From the human T2T-CHM13v2.0 reference genome, Homo sapiens: a stretch of 64,000 bases of DNA. Positions 38,881 to 52,900 of the stretch are shown piece by piece. The notes beneath the pieces were generated by a model, which saw only the letters and a list, made by a program, of their open reading frames with translations, was not told the origin of the DNA and ran no database searches. How positions within the stretch are numbered: position 1 is the stretch's first letter; every line of letters starts with the position of its first letter. A program made the position numbers and the translations under genes. The stretch lies in NCBI RefSeq assembly GCF_009914755.1, contig NC_060933.1. The stretch is one strand, 5' to 3'.

Positions 38881-41800
38881 GCAATGTAATGGAATTGAAT
38901 GGAATGGAATAGAATGTAATGGAACGGAATGCAATGGAATGGAATCATCCGGAATGGAATGGAATGGAATGGAATGGAATGGAATCAACCCGAGTGCAAT
39001 GGAATGGAGTGGAATGGAATGGAATGGAATGGAACAACTCGAATGGAACGGAATGTAATGGAGAGTAAGGGAGTTGAATAGAATCAATCCGAATGTAATG
39101 GAATGAAATGCAACGGAATGGAATGGAATGGAATGGAATGGAATGCAATGGAATGGAATCAACCCGAGTACAATGGAATGGAATGGAATGGAATGGAATG
39201 GAATGGAATGGAATGCCTTCAAACCGAATGGAATGGAAAGAAAGGAATCAACACGAGTGGAATGGCATGGATTGGAATGGAATGGAATGGAATCAACCCA
39301 AGTACAGGGGAATGGAATGGAATGGAATGCAATGGAATGGATTCATCCGTAATGGAATGGAAAGGAATGGAATGGAATGGAATGGAATGGAATGGAATGG
39401 AATGGAAAGGAATCAATTCGATTGCAATCGAATGGAATGGAATGGAATTAACCCGAATAGAATGGAATGGAATGGAATGGAACGGAACGGAACAGAATGG
39501 AATGGAATGGAATGGAATGGAATGGAATGGAATGGAATCAACCCGACTGCAGGGGAATGGAATGGAATGGAATGCAATGGAATGCATTCAACTTGAATGG
39601 AATGGAAAGAATGGAATCAACACGAGTGGAATGGCATGGATTGGAATGGAATGGAATGGAATCAACCCGAGTAGAGGCGAATGGAATGGAATGGAATGCA
39701 ATGGAATGGAATCATCCGTAATGGAATGGAAAGGAATGGAATGGAATGGAATTAACCCGAATAGAATGGAATGGAATGGAATGGAACAGAATGGAACGGA
39801 AAGGAATGGAATGGAATGGAATGGAATGGAATGGTATGGAATGGAATGGAATGGTACGGAATAGAATGGAATGGAACGAATTGTAATGGAATGGAATTGA
39901 ATGGAATGGAATGGAATGGAATGGAATCAACGCGAGTGCAGGGGAATGTAATGGAACGGAATGCAATGGAATGGAATCATCCGGAATGGAATGGAATGGA
40001 ATGGAATGGAATGGAATGGAATGGAATGGAATCAACCCGAGTGCAATGGAATGGAGAGGAATGGAATGGAATGGAATGGAACAACCCGAATGGAATGGAA
40101 TGTAATGGAGAGTAAGGGAGTTGAATAGAATCAATCCGAATGTAATGGAATGGAATGCAACGGAATGGAATGGAATGGAATGGAATGGAATGCAATGGAA
40201 TGGAATCAACCCGAGTACAATGGAATGGAATGGAATGGAATGGAATGGAATGGAATGGAATGGAATGGAATGGAATGAAATGGAATGATACGGAATAGAA
40301 TGGAATGGAACGAAATGGAATGGAATGGAATGGAATGGAATGGAATGGAATGGAATGGAATCGTTCCGAGTGGAATAGGAGGGAATGTATTCGAGTGGAA
40401 TGGAAAGGAATGGAATCAACCAGAGTGGAATGGAAGGGAATGGAATGGAATGGAAATTAATAGAATGGAATCAACACGAGTGGAATGGAATGGAAAGGAC
40501 TGGAATGGAAAGGAATGGAATGGAATCAACTCGATTGTAATGGAATGGAATGGAATGGAATGGAATGGAATGGAATGGAATGGAATGGAATGGAATGGAG
40601 TGGAATGGAATGGAATCAACCCGAATGCAGGGGAATGGAATGGATTGGAATGCAATGGAATGGAATCATCCGGAATGGAATGGAATAGAATGGAATGCAA
40701 AGCAATGGAATCAACTCGATTGCAATGGAATGGAATGGAATGGAAAGGAATACATTGGAATCAACCCGAGTGGAATGGAATGGAAAGGACTGGAATGGAG
40801 TGGAATGGAATGGAATGGAATGGAATGGAATGAACTCGATTGGAATGGAATGGAATGGAATGGAATGGAATGGAATGGAATTAACCCGAATAGAATGGAA
40901 TGGAATGGAATGGAACGGAACGGAATGGAATGGAATGGAATGGAATGGAATGGAATGGAATGGAATGGAATCAACCCGACTGCAGGGGAATGGAATGGAA
41001 TGGAATGCAATGGAATGGATTCAACTTGAATGGAATGGAAAGAATGGAATCAACACGAGTGGAATGGCATGGATTGGAATGGAATGGAATGGAATCAACC
41101 CGAGTACAGGGGAATGGAATGGAATGGAATGCAATGGAATGGAATCATCCGTAATGGAATGGAAAGGAATGGAATGGAATGGAATGGAATGGAATGGAAT
41201 GGAATGGAATCAACTCGATTGCAATCGAATGGAATGGAATGGAATTAACCCGAATAGAATGGAATGGAATGGAATGGAACGGAACGGAATGGAATGGAAT
41301 GGAAAGGAATGGAATGGAATGGAATGGAATTAACCCGAATACAATGCAATGGAATGGAATGGAACGGAATGGAGTGGAATGGAATGGAATCAACCCGAGT
41401 GCAGGGGAATGGAATGGAAAGGAATGCAATGGAAAGGAATCATCCGGAATGGAATGGAATGGAATGTAACGCAAAGCAATGGAATCAACTCGATTGCAAT
41501 GGAATGGAATGGAATGGAAAGGAATACATTGGAATCAACCCGAGTGGAAAGGAATGGAAAGGACTGGAATGGAGTGGAATGGAATGGAATGGAATGGAAT
41601 GGAATGGAATGGAATGGAAAGGAATCAACTTGATTGGAATGGAATGGAATGGAATGGAATGGAATTAACCCGAATAGAAAGGAATGGAATGGAATGGAAC
41701 GGAACGGAATGGAATGGAATGGAATGGAATGGAATGGAATCAACCCGACTGCAGGGGAATGGAATGGAATGGAATGCAATGGAATGGATTCAACTTGAAT

Positions 41801-44800
41801 GGAATGGAAAGAATGGAATCAACACGAGTGGAATGGCATGGATTGGAATGGAATGGAATGGAATCAACCCGAGTACAGTGGAATGGAATGGAATGGAATG
41901 CAATGGAATGGAATCATCCGTAATGGAATGGAAAGGAATGGAATGGAATGGAATGGAATGGAATGCAATGGAATCAACTCGATTGAAATCGAATGGAATG
42001 GAATGGAGTTAACCCGAATAGAATGGAATGGAATGGAATGGAACGGAACGGAACGGAAGGGAACGGAATGGAATGGAATGGAATGGAATGGAATGGAACG
42101 GAGAGGAATGGAATGGAATGGAATGGAATGGAATCAACGCGAGTGCAGGGGAATGGAATGGAATGGAATGCAATGGAATGGAATCTTCCGGAATGGAATG
42201 GAATGGAATGGAATGGAATGGAATGGAATGGAATGGAATAAACCCGAGTGCAATGTAATGGAGTGGAATGGAATGGAATGGAATGGAACAACCCGAATGG
42301 AATGGAGTGTAATGGAGACTAAGGGAGTTGAATAGAATCTATCCGAATGTAATGGAATGCAATGGAACGGAATGGAATTGAATGGAATGGAATGGAATGG
42401 AATGCAATGGAATGGAATCAACCCGAGTGCAATGGAATGGAGAGGAATGGAATGGAATGCAATGGAAACTACCCGAATGGAATGTAATGTAATGGAGTGT
42501 AAGGGAATAGAATAGAATCCATCCGAATGTAATGGAATGGAATGGAACGGAATGGAATGGAATGGAATGGAATGGAATGGAATGCAATGGAATGGAATCA
42601 ACCCGAGTGCAATCGAATGGAATCGAATGGAATGGAATGCAATGGAATGGATTCAACTTGAATGGAATGGAAAGAATGGAATCAACACGAGTGGAAGGGC
42701 ATGGATTGGAATGGAATGGAATGGAATCAACCCGAGTACAGGGGAATGGAATGGAATTTAATGCAATGGAATGGAATCATCCGTAATGGAATGGAAAGGA
42801 ATGGAATGGAATGGAATGGAATGGAATGGAATGGAATCAACACGATTGCAATCGAATGGAATGGAATGGAATTAACCCGAATAGAATGGAATGGAATGGA
42901 ATGGAAGAGAACGGAATGGAATGGAATGGAATGGAATGGAACGGAACTGAACGGAACGGAACGGAACGGAATGGAATGGAATGGAATGGAAAGGAATCAA
43001 CGCGAGTGCAGGGGAATGGAAAGGAATGGAATGCAATGGAATGGAATCTTCCGGAATGGAATGGAATGGAATGGAATGGAATGGAATGAAATGCAATGGA
43101 TTCAACTCGATTGCAATGGAATGGAATAGAATGGAATGGAATGGAATGGAATGGACTTACCCCGAATAGAATGGAATGGAATGGAACGGAACGGAACGGA
43201 ACGGAATGGAATGGAATGGAATGGAATGGAATGGAATGGAATGCAATGGTATGGAATGGAATGGAATGGTACGGAATAGAATGGAATGGAAAGAATTGTA
43301 ATGGAATGGAATGGAATGGAAAGGAATCAACGCGAGTGCAGGGGAATGTAATGGAACGGAATGCAATGGATTGGAATCATCCGGAATGGAATGGAATGGA
43401 ATGGAATGGAATGGAATGGAATCAACCCGAGTGCAATGGAATGCAGTGGAATGGAATGGAATGGAATGGAACAACCCGAATGGAATGGAATGTAATGGAG
43501 AGTAAGGGAGTTGAATAGAATCAATCCGAATGTAATGGAATGGAATGCAAAGGAATGGAATGGAATGGAATGGAATGGAATGGAATGGAATGCAAAGGAA
43601 TGGAATCAACCCGAGTGGAATGGCATGGAATGGAATGCAATGGAATGGAAGTTAATGGAATCAACTCGAGTGGAAAGGAATGGAATGGAATGGAAAGGAA
43701 TGGAATGAAATCAAGTCGAGTGGAATGGAATGGAATGGAATGGATTGGAATGGATTGCAACGGAATGAAATGGAATGGAATGGAATGGAATCAATCATTC
43801 CGAGTAGAATGGAAGGGAATGTAATGGAGTGGAAAGAAGGGAATGGAATCAACCCGATTGGAATGCAAGGTAATGGAATGGAATGGAAAGGAATGGAATG
43901 CAATCAACTCGATTGCAATGGAATGGAATGGAATGGAATGGAATGGAATGGAATGGAATGGAATGGAATTAACCGGAATAGAATGGAATGCAATGGAATG
44001 GAACGGAATGGAATGGAATGGAAGGTAATGGAATCAACACGAGTGCAGGGGAATGGAATGGAATGGAATGCAATGGAATGGTATCATCCGGAATGGAATG
44101 GAATGGAATGGAATCAACTCCATTGTAATGGAATGGAATGGAATGGAATGGAATGGAATAGAATGGAATGGAATTAACCCGAATAGAATGGAATGCAATA
44201 GAATGGAATGGAACGGAACCGAATGGAGTGGAATGGAATGGAATGGAATCAACATGAGTGCAGGGGAATGGAATGGAATGGAATGCAATGGAATGGATTC
44301 ATCCGGAATGGAATGGAATGGAATGGAATGGAATCAAACCGAGTGCAATGGAATGGTGTGAAATGGAATGGAATGGAATGGAAACAACCTGAATGGATTG
44401 GAATATAATGGAGTGTAACGGAATTGAATAGAATCAATCTGAATGTAATGAAATGTAATGGAACGGAATGGAATGGAATGGAATGGAATCGAATGGAATG
44501 GAATGGAATGGAATCAACCCGAGTGCAATGGAATGGATTCGAATGGAATGGAATGGAGTGGAATGGATTCAACTTAAATGGAATGGAAAGAATGGAATCA
44601 ACACGAGTGGAATGGCATGGAATGGAATGGAAAGGAATGGCGTGGAATGGAATGGAATGGTTAGAAATAGAATGGATTGGAACAAAATGGAATGGAATGG
44701 AATGGAATGCAATGGAATGGAATCAACGCAATTGAAGGGGAATGTAATGGAACGGAATGCAATGGAATGGAATCATCCGGAGTGGAATGGAATGGAATGG

Positions 44801-44866
44801 AATGGAATGGAATCAACCCGAGTGCAATGGAATGGAGTGGAATGGAATGGAATGGAATGGAACAAC

Positions 44867-44966
44867 CCGAATGGAATGGAATGTAATGGAGAGTAAGGGA
44901 GTTGAATAGAATCAATCCGAATGGAATGGAATGTAATAGAGAGTAAGGGAGTTGAATAGAATCAAT
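44867..44966 (+). repeat. 50-bp tandem duplication of the GAGAGTAAGGGAGTTGAATAGAATCAAT motif
   Basis: GAGTAAGGGAGTTGAATAGAATCAATCC occurs at 44891 and 44941. Units start at CCGAAT 44867 and 44917. Confidence 0.88.
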
Positions 44967-47900
44967 CCAAATGTAATGGAATGGATAGGAACGGAATAGA
45001 ATTGAATGGAATGGAATGGAATGCAATGGAATGGAATCAACCCGAGTACAATGGAATGGAATGGAATGGAATGGAATGGAATGGAATGGAATGGAACGGA
45101 ATGGAACGGAACGTAATGGAATGGAATGGAATGGAATGGAATGGAACGGAAAGGAATGGAATGGAATGGAATGGAATGGAATGGAATCAACGCGAGTGCA
45201 GGGCAATGGAATGGAATGGAATGCAATGGAATGGAATCTTCCGGAATGGAATGGAATGGAATGGAATGGAATGGAATCAACCCGAGTGCAATGGAAAGGA
45301 GTGGAATGGAATGGAATGGAACAACCCGAATGGAATGGAATGTAATGGAGAGTAAGGGAGTTGAATAGAATCAATCCGAATGTAAAGGAATGGAATGGAA
45401 CGGAATGGAATGGAATGGAATGGAATGGAATGCAATGGAATGGAATCAACCCGAGTAAAATGGAATGGAATGGAATGGAATGGAATGGAATGGAATGGAA
45501 TGGAATGGAATGAAATGGAATCAATCCGAGTGCAATGGAATAGAGAGGAATGGAATGGAAAGGAATGGAAACTACCCGAATGGAATGGAATGTAATGGAG
45601 TGTAAGAGAATTGAATAGAATCAATCCGAATGGAATGGAATGGAATGGAACGGAATGTAATGTAATGTAATGGAATGGAATCAACCCGAGTGCAGGGGAA
45701 ACGAATGGAATGGAATGCAATGGAATGGAATGGAATGGAATGGAATGGAATCAACTCGATTGCAATCGAATGGAATGGAATGGAATTAACCCGAATAGAA
45801 TGGAATGGAATGGAATGGAACGGAACGGAATGGAATGGAATGGAATGGAATGGAATGGAATCAACCCGACTGCAGGGTAATGGAATGGAATGGAATGCAA
45901 TGGAATGGATTCAACTTGAATGGAATGGAAAGAATGGAATCAACACGAGTGGAATGGCATGGATTGGAATGGAATGGAATGGAATCAACCCGAGTACAGG
46001 GGAATGGAATGGAATGGAATGCAATGGAATGGAATCATCCGTAATGGAATGGAAAGGAATGGAATGGAATGGAATGGAATGGAATGGAATGGAATGGAAT
46101 CAACTCGATTGCAATCGAATGGAATGGCATGGAATTAATCCGAATAGAATGGAATGCAATGAAATGGAACGGAACGGAATGGAATGGAATGGAATGGAAT
46201 GGAACGGAACGGAATGTAATGGAATGGAATGGAATGGAATCAACGCGAGTGCAGGGGAATGGAATGGAATGGAATGCAATGGAATGCAAACTTCCGGAAT
46301 GGAATGGAATGGAATGGAATGAAATGCAATGGATTCAACTCGATTGCAATGGAATGGAATAGAATGGAATGGAATGGAATGGAATGGAATTAATCCGAAT
46401 AGAATGGAATGGTATGGAATGGAATGGAATGGTACGGAATAGAATGGAATGGAACGAATTGTAATGGAATGGAATTGAATGGAATGGAATGGAATGGAAT
46501 GGAATCAACACGAGTGCAGGGGAATGTAATGGAACGGAATGCAATGGAATGGAATCATGCGGAATGGAATGGAATGGAATGGAATGGAATGGAATGGAAT
46601 GGAATGGAATCAACCCGAGTGCAATGGAATGGAGTGGAATGGAATGGAATGGAATGGAACAACCCGAATGGAATGGAATGTAATGTAGAGTAAGGGAGTT
46701 GAAGAGAATCAATCCGAATGTAATGGAATGGAATGCAACGGAATGGAATGGAGTGGAATGGAATGGAATGCAATGGAATGGAATCAACCCGAGTACAATG
46801 GAATGGAATGGAATGGAATGGAATGGAATGGAATGGAATGATACGGAATAGAATGGAATGGAACGAAATGGAATGGAATGGAATGGAATGGAATGGAATC
46901 GTTCCGAGTGGAATAGGAGGGAATGTATTCGAGTGGAAAGGAAAGGAATGGAATCAACCAGAGTGGAATGGAAGGGAATGGAATGGAATGGAAACTAATA
47001 GAATGGAATCAACCCGAGTGGAATGGAATGGAAAGGACTGGAATGGAATGGAATGGAATGGAATCAACTCGATTGTAATGGAATGGAATGGAATGGAATG
47101 GAATGGAATTAACCCGAATACAATGGAATGGAATGGAATGGAATGGAATGGAGTGGAATGGAATGGAATCAACCCGAGTGCAGGGGAATGGAATGGAATG
47201 GAATGCAAGGGAATGGAATCATCCGGAATGGAATGGAATGGAATGGAATGCAAAGCAATGGAATCAACTCGATTGCAATGGAATGGAATGGAATGGAAAG
47301 GAATATATTGGAATCAACCCGAGTGGAATGGAATGGAAAGGACTGGAATGGAATGGAATGGAATGGAATGGAATGGAATGGAATCAACTTGATTGGAATG
47401 GAATGGAATGGAATGGAATGGAATGGAATGGAATGGAATCAACCCGACTGCAGGGGAATGGAATGGAATGGAATGCAATGGAATGGATTCAACTTGATTG
47501 GAATGGAAAGAATGGAATCAACACGAGTGGAATGGCATGGATTGGAATGGAATGGAATGGAATCAACCCGAGTACAGAGGAATGGAATGGAATGGAATGC
47601 AATGGAATGGAATCATCCGTAATGGAATGGAAAGGAAAGGAATGGAATGGAATGGAATGGAATGGAATGGAATGGAATGGAATGGAATCAACTCGATTGC
47701 AATCGAATGGAATGGAATGGAATTAACCCGAATAGAATGGAATGGAATGGAATGGAACGGAACGGAACGGAATGGAATGGAATGGAATGGAATGGAATGG
47801 AATGGAATGGAATGGAACGGAACGGAAAGGAAGGGAATGGAATGGAATGGAATGGAATGGAATGGAATGGAATCAACGCGAGTGCAGGGGAATGGAATGG

Positions 47901-49365
47901 AATGGAATGCAATGGAATGGAATCTTCCGGAATGGAATGGAATTGAATGGAATGGAATGGAATGGAATGGAATAAACCCGAGTGCAATGGAATGGAGTGG
48001 AATGGAATGGAATGGAATGGAACAACCCGAATGGAATGGAATGTAATGGAGACTAAGGGAGTTGAATAGAATCAATCCGAATGTAATGGAATGGAATGGA
48101 ACAGAATGGAATTGAATGGAATGGAATGGGATGCAATGGAATGGAATCAACCCGAGTACAATGGAATGGAATGGAATGGAATGGAATGGAATCAACCCGA
48201 GTGCAATGGAATGGAGTGGAATGGAATGGAATGGAATGGAACAACCCGAATGGAATGGAATGTAATGGAGAGTAAGGGAGTTGAATAGAATCAATCCGAA
48301 TGTAATGGAATGGAATGGAATGGAATGGAATTGAATGGAATGGAATGGAATGCAATGGAATGGAATCAACCCGAGTGCAATGGAATGGAGTGGAATGGAA
48401 TGGAATGCAATGGAACAACCCGAATGAAATGGAATGTAATGGAGAGTAAGGGAGTTGATAAGAATCAATCCGAATGGAATGGAATGGAATGGAACGGAAC
48501 GGAATGGAAAGGAATGGAATGGAATGGAATGGAATGGAATGGAATGCAATGGAATGGAATCAACCCGAGTACAATGGAATGGAATGGAATGGAATGGAAT
48601 GGAATGGAATGGAATGGAATGGAATGGAATGGAATGCAATGGAATGGAATCTTCCGGAATGGAATGGAATGGAATGGAATGGAATGGAATGGAATGGAAT
48701 GCAATGGATTCAACTCGATTGCAATGGAATGGAATAGAATGGAATGGAATGGAATGGAATGGAATGGAATTAAAACGAATAGAATGGAATGGAATGGAAT
48801 GGAACGGAACAGAACGGAACGGAACGGAACGGAGTGGAATGGAATGGAATGGAATTGTATGGAATGGAATGGAATGGTACGGAATAGAATGGAATGGAAA
48901 GAATTGGAATGGAATGGAATGGAATGGAATGGAATGGAATGGAATGGAATCAACCCGAGTGCAGGGGAATGTAATGGAACGGAATGCAATGGAATGGAAT
49001 CATCCGGAATGGAATGGAATGGAATGGAATGGAATGGAATGGAATCAATCTGAGCGCAATGGAATGGAGTGGAATGGAAGGGAATGGAATGGAACAACCC
49101 GAATGGAATGGAATGTAATGGAGAGTAAGGGAGTTGAATAGAATCAATCCGAATGTAATGGAATGGAACGGAACGGAATGGAATGGAATGGAATGGAATG
49201 GAATGGAATGCAATGGAATGGAATCAACCCGAGTGCAATTGAATGGAATCCAATGGAATGGAATGCAATGGAATGGATTCAACTTGAATGGAATGGAAAG
49301 AATGGAATCAACACGAGTGGAATGGCATGGATTGGAATGGAATGGAATGGAATCAAACCGAGTAT

Positions 49366-49915
49366 AGGGGAATGGAATGGTATGGAATGCAATGGAGTGG
49401 AATCATCCGTAATGGAATGGAAAGGAATGGAATGGAATGGAATGGAATGGAATGGAATGGAATGGAATGGAATCAACTCGATTGCAATGGAATGGAATGG
49501 AATGGAATTAACCCGAATAGAATGGAATGGAATGGAATGGAACGGAACGGAATGGAATGGAATGGGATGGAATGGAATGGAACGGGAAGGAAGGGAATGG
49601 AATGGAATCGAATGGAATGGAATGGAATCAACGCGAGTGCAGGGGAATGGAATGGTATGGAATGCAATGGAGTGGAATCATCCGTAATGGAATGGAAAGG
49701 AATGGAATGGAATGGAATGGAATGGAATGGAATGGAATGGAATGGAATCAACTCGATTGCAATGGAATGGAATGGAATGGAATTAACCCGAATAGAATGG
49801 AATGGAATGGAATGGAACGGAACGGAATGGAATGGAATGGGATGGAATGGAATGGAACGGGAAGGAAGGGAATGGAATGGAATCGAATGGAATGGAATGG
49901 AATCAACGCGAGTGC
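49366..49915 (+). repeat. 275-bp tandem duplication (49366-49640 and 49641-49915)
   Basis: AGGGGAATGG recurs at 49366, 49641 and 49916. Both units share private variants (GGTATGGAATGCAATGGAGTGGAATCATCCGT; GGGATGG; GGAACGGGAAGGAAGGG). ORFs 49527/49802 and 49473/49748 are offset by 275. Confidence 0.92.
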
Positions 49916-52900
49916 AGGGGAATGGAATGGAATGGAATGGAATGGAATGGAATGGAATCCACCCGAGTGCAATGGAATGGAGTGGAAAGGAATGGAATGG
50001 AATGGAACAACCCGAATGGAATGGAATGTAATGGAGAGTAAGGGAGTTGAATAGAATCAATCCGAATGTAATGGAATGGAATGGAACGGAATGGAATTGA
50101 ATGGAATGGAATGGAATGCAATGGAATGGAATCAACCCGAGTGCAATGGAATGGAGAGGAATGGAATGGAATGGAATGGAAACTACCCGAATGGAATGGA
50201 ATGTAATGGAGTGTAAGGGAATTGAATAGAATCAATCCGAATGTAATGGAATGGAATGGAACGGAATGGAATGGAATGGAATGGAATGGAATGCAATGGA
50301 ATGGAATCAAACCGAGTGCAATCGAATGGAATCCAATGGAATGGAATGCAATGGAATGGATTCAACTTGAATGGAATGGAAAGAATGGAATCAGCACGAG
50401 TGGAATGGCATGGATTGGAATTGAATGGAATGGAATCAACCCGAGTACAGGGGAATGGAATGGAATGGAATGCAATGGAATGGAATGATCCGTAATGGAA
50501 TGGAAAGGAATGGAATGGAATGGAATGGAATGGAATGGAATGGAATGGAATCAACTCGATTGCAATCGAATGGAATGGAATGGAATTAACCCGAATAGAA
50601 TGGAATGGAATGGAATGGAACAGAACGGAATGGAATGGAATGGAATGGAATGGAATGGAACGGAACGGAATGGAATGGAATGGAATGGAATGGAATGGAA
50701 TCAACGCGAGTGCAGGGGAATGGAATGGAATGGAATGCAATGGAATGGAATCTTCCGGAATGGAATGGAATGGAATGGAATGGAATGAAATGCAATGGAT
50801 TCAACTCGATTGCAATGGAATGGAATAGAATGGAATGAAATGGAATGGAATGGAATTAATTCGAAGAGAATGGAATGGAATGGAATGGAACGGAATGGAA
50901 CGGAATGGAATGGAATGGAATGGTATGGAATGGAATGGAATAGTACGGAATAGAATGGAATGGAACGAATTGTAATGGAATGGAATTGAATGGAATGGAA
51001 TGGAATGGAATGGAATCAACGCGAGTGCAGGGGAATGTAATGGAACGGAATGCAATGGAATGGAATCATCCGGAATGGAATGAAATGGAATGGAATGGAA
51101 TGGAATCAACCCGAGTGCAATGGAATGGAGTGGAATGGAATGGAATGGAATGGAACAACCCGAATGGAATGGAATGTAATGTAGAGAAAGGGAGTTGAAT
51201 AGAATCAATCCGAATGTAATGGAATGGAATGCAACGGAATTGAATGGAATGGAATGGAATGGAATGCAATGGAATTGAATCAACCCGAGTACAATGGAAT
51301 GGAATTGAATGGAATGGAATGGAATGGAATGGAATGGAATGGAATGGAATGATACGGAATAGAATGGAATGGAATGAAATGGAATGGAATGGAATGGAAT
51401 GGAGTGGAATGGAATGGAATGGAATGGAATCGTTCCGAGTGGAATAGGAGGGAATGTATTCGAGTGGAATGGAAAGGAATGGAAAAAACCTGAGTGGAAT
51501 GGAAGGGAATGGAATGGAATGGAAACTAATAGAATGGAATCAACCCGAGAGGAATGGAATGGAAAGGACTGGAATGGAATGGAATGGAATGGAATCAACT
51601 CGATTGTAATGGAATTGAATGGAATGGAATGGAATGGAATTAGCCCGAATACAATGCAATGGAATGGAATGGAACGGAATGGAGTGGAATGGAATGGAAT
51701 CAACCCGAGTGCAGGGGAATGGAATGGAACGGAATGCAATGGAATGGAATCATCCGGAATGGAATGGAATGGAATGGAATGCAAAGCAATGGAATAAACT
51801 CGATTACAATGGAATGGAATGGAATGGAAAGGAATATATTGGAATCAACCCGAGTGGAAAGGAATGGAAAGGACTGGAATGGAGTGGAATGGAATGGAAT
51901 GGAATGGAATGGAATCAACTCGATTGGAATGGAATGGAATGGAATGGAATGGAATGGAATCGTTCCGAGTGGAATAGGAGGGAATGTATTCGAGTGGAAT
52001 GGAAAGGAATGGTATCAACCAGAGTGGAATGGAAGGGAATGGAATGGAATGGAAACTAATAGAATGGAATCAACCTGAGTGGAATGGAATGGAAAGGACT
52101 GGAATGGAATGGAATGGAATGGAATCAACTCGATTGTAATGGAATGGAATGGAATGCAATGGAATGGAATGGAATTAACACGAATACAATGGAATGGAAT
52201 GGAATGGAACGGAATGGAGTGGAATGGAATGGAATCAACCCGAGGGCAGGGGAATGGAATGGAGTGGAATGCAATGGAATGGAATCATCCGGAATGGAAT
52301 GGAATGGAATGGAATGCAAAGCAATGGAATCAACTCGATTGCAATGGAATGGAATGGAATGGAAAGGAATACATTGGAATCAACCCGAGTGGAATGGAAT
52401 GGAAAGGACTGGAATGGAATGGAATGGAATGGAATGCAATGGAATGGAATCATCCGTAATGGAATGGAAAGGAATGGAATGGAATGGAATGGAATGGAAT
52501 GGAATGGAATCCACTCGATTGCAATCGAATGGAATTGAATGGAATTAACCCGAATAGAATGGAATGGATTGGATTGGAATGGAATGGAATGGAATGGAAC
52601 GGAAAGGAATGGAATGGAATGGAATAAACCCGAGTGCAATGGAATGGAGTGGAATGGAATGAAATGGAATGGAACAACCCGAATGGAATGGAATGTAATG
52701 GAGAGTAAGGGAGTTGAATAGAATCAATCCGAATGTAATGGAATGGAATGGAACGGAATTGAATGGAATGGAATGGAATGGAATGCAATGGAATGGAATC
52801 AACCCGAGGTCAATGGAATGGAGAGGAATGGAATGGAATGGAATGGAAACTACACGAATGGAATGGAATGTAATGGAGTGTAAGGGAATTGAATAGAATC

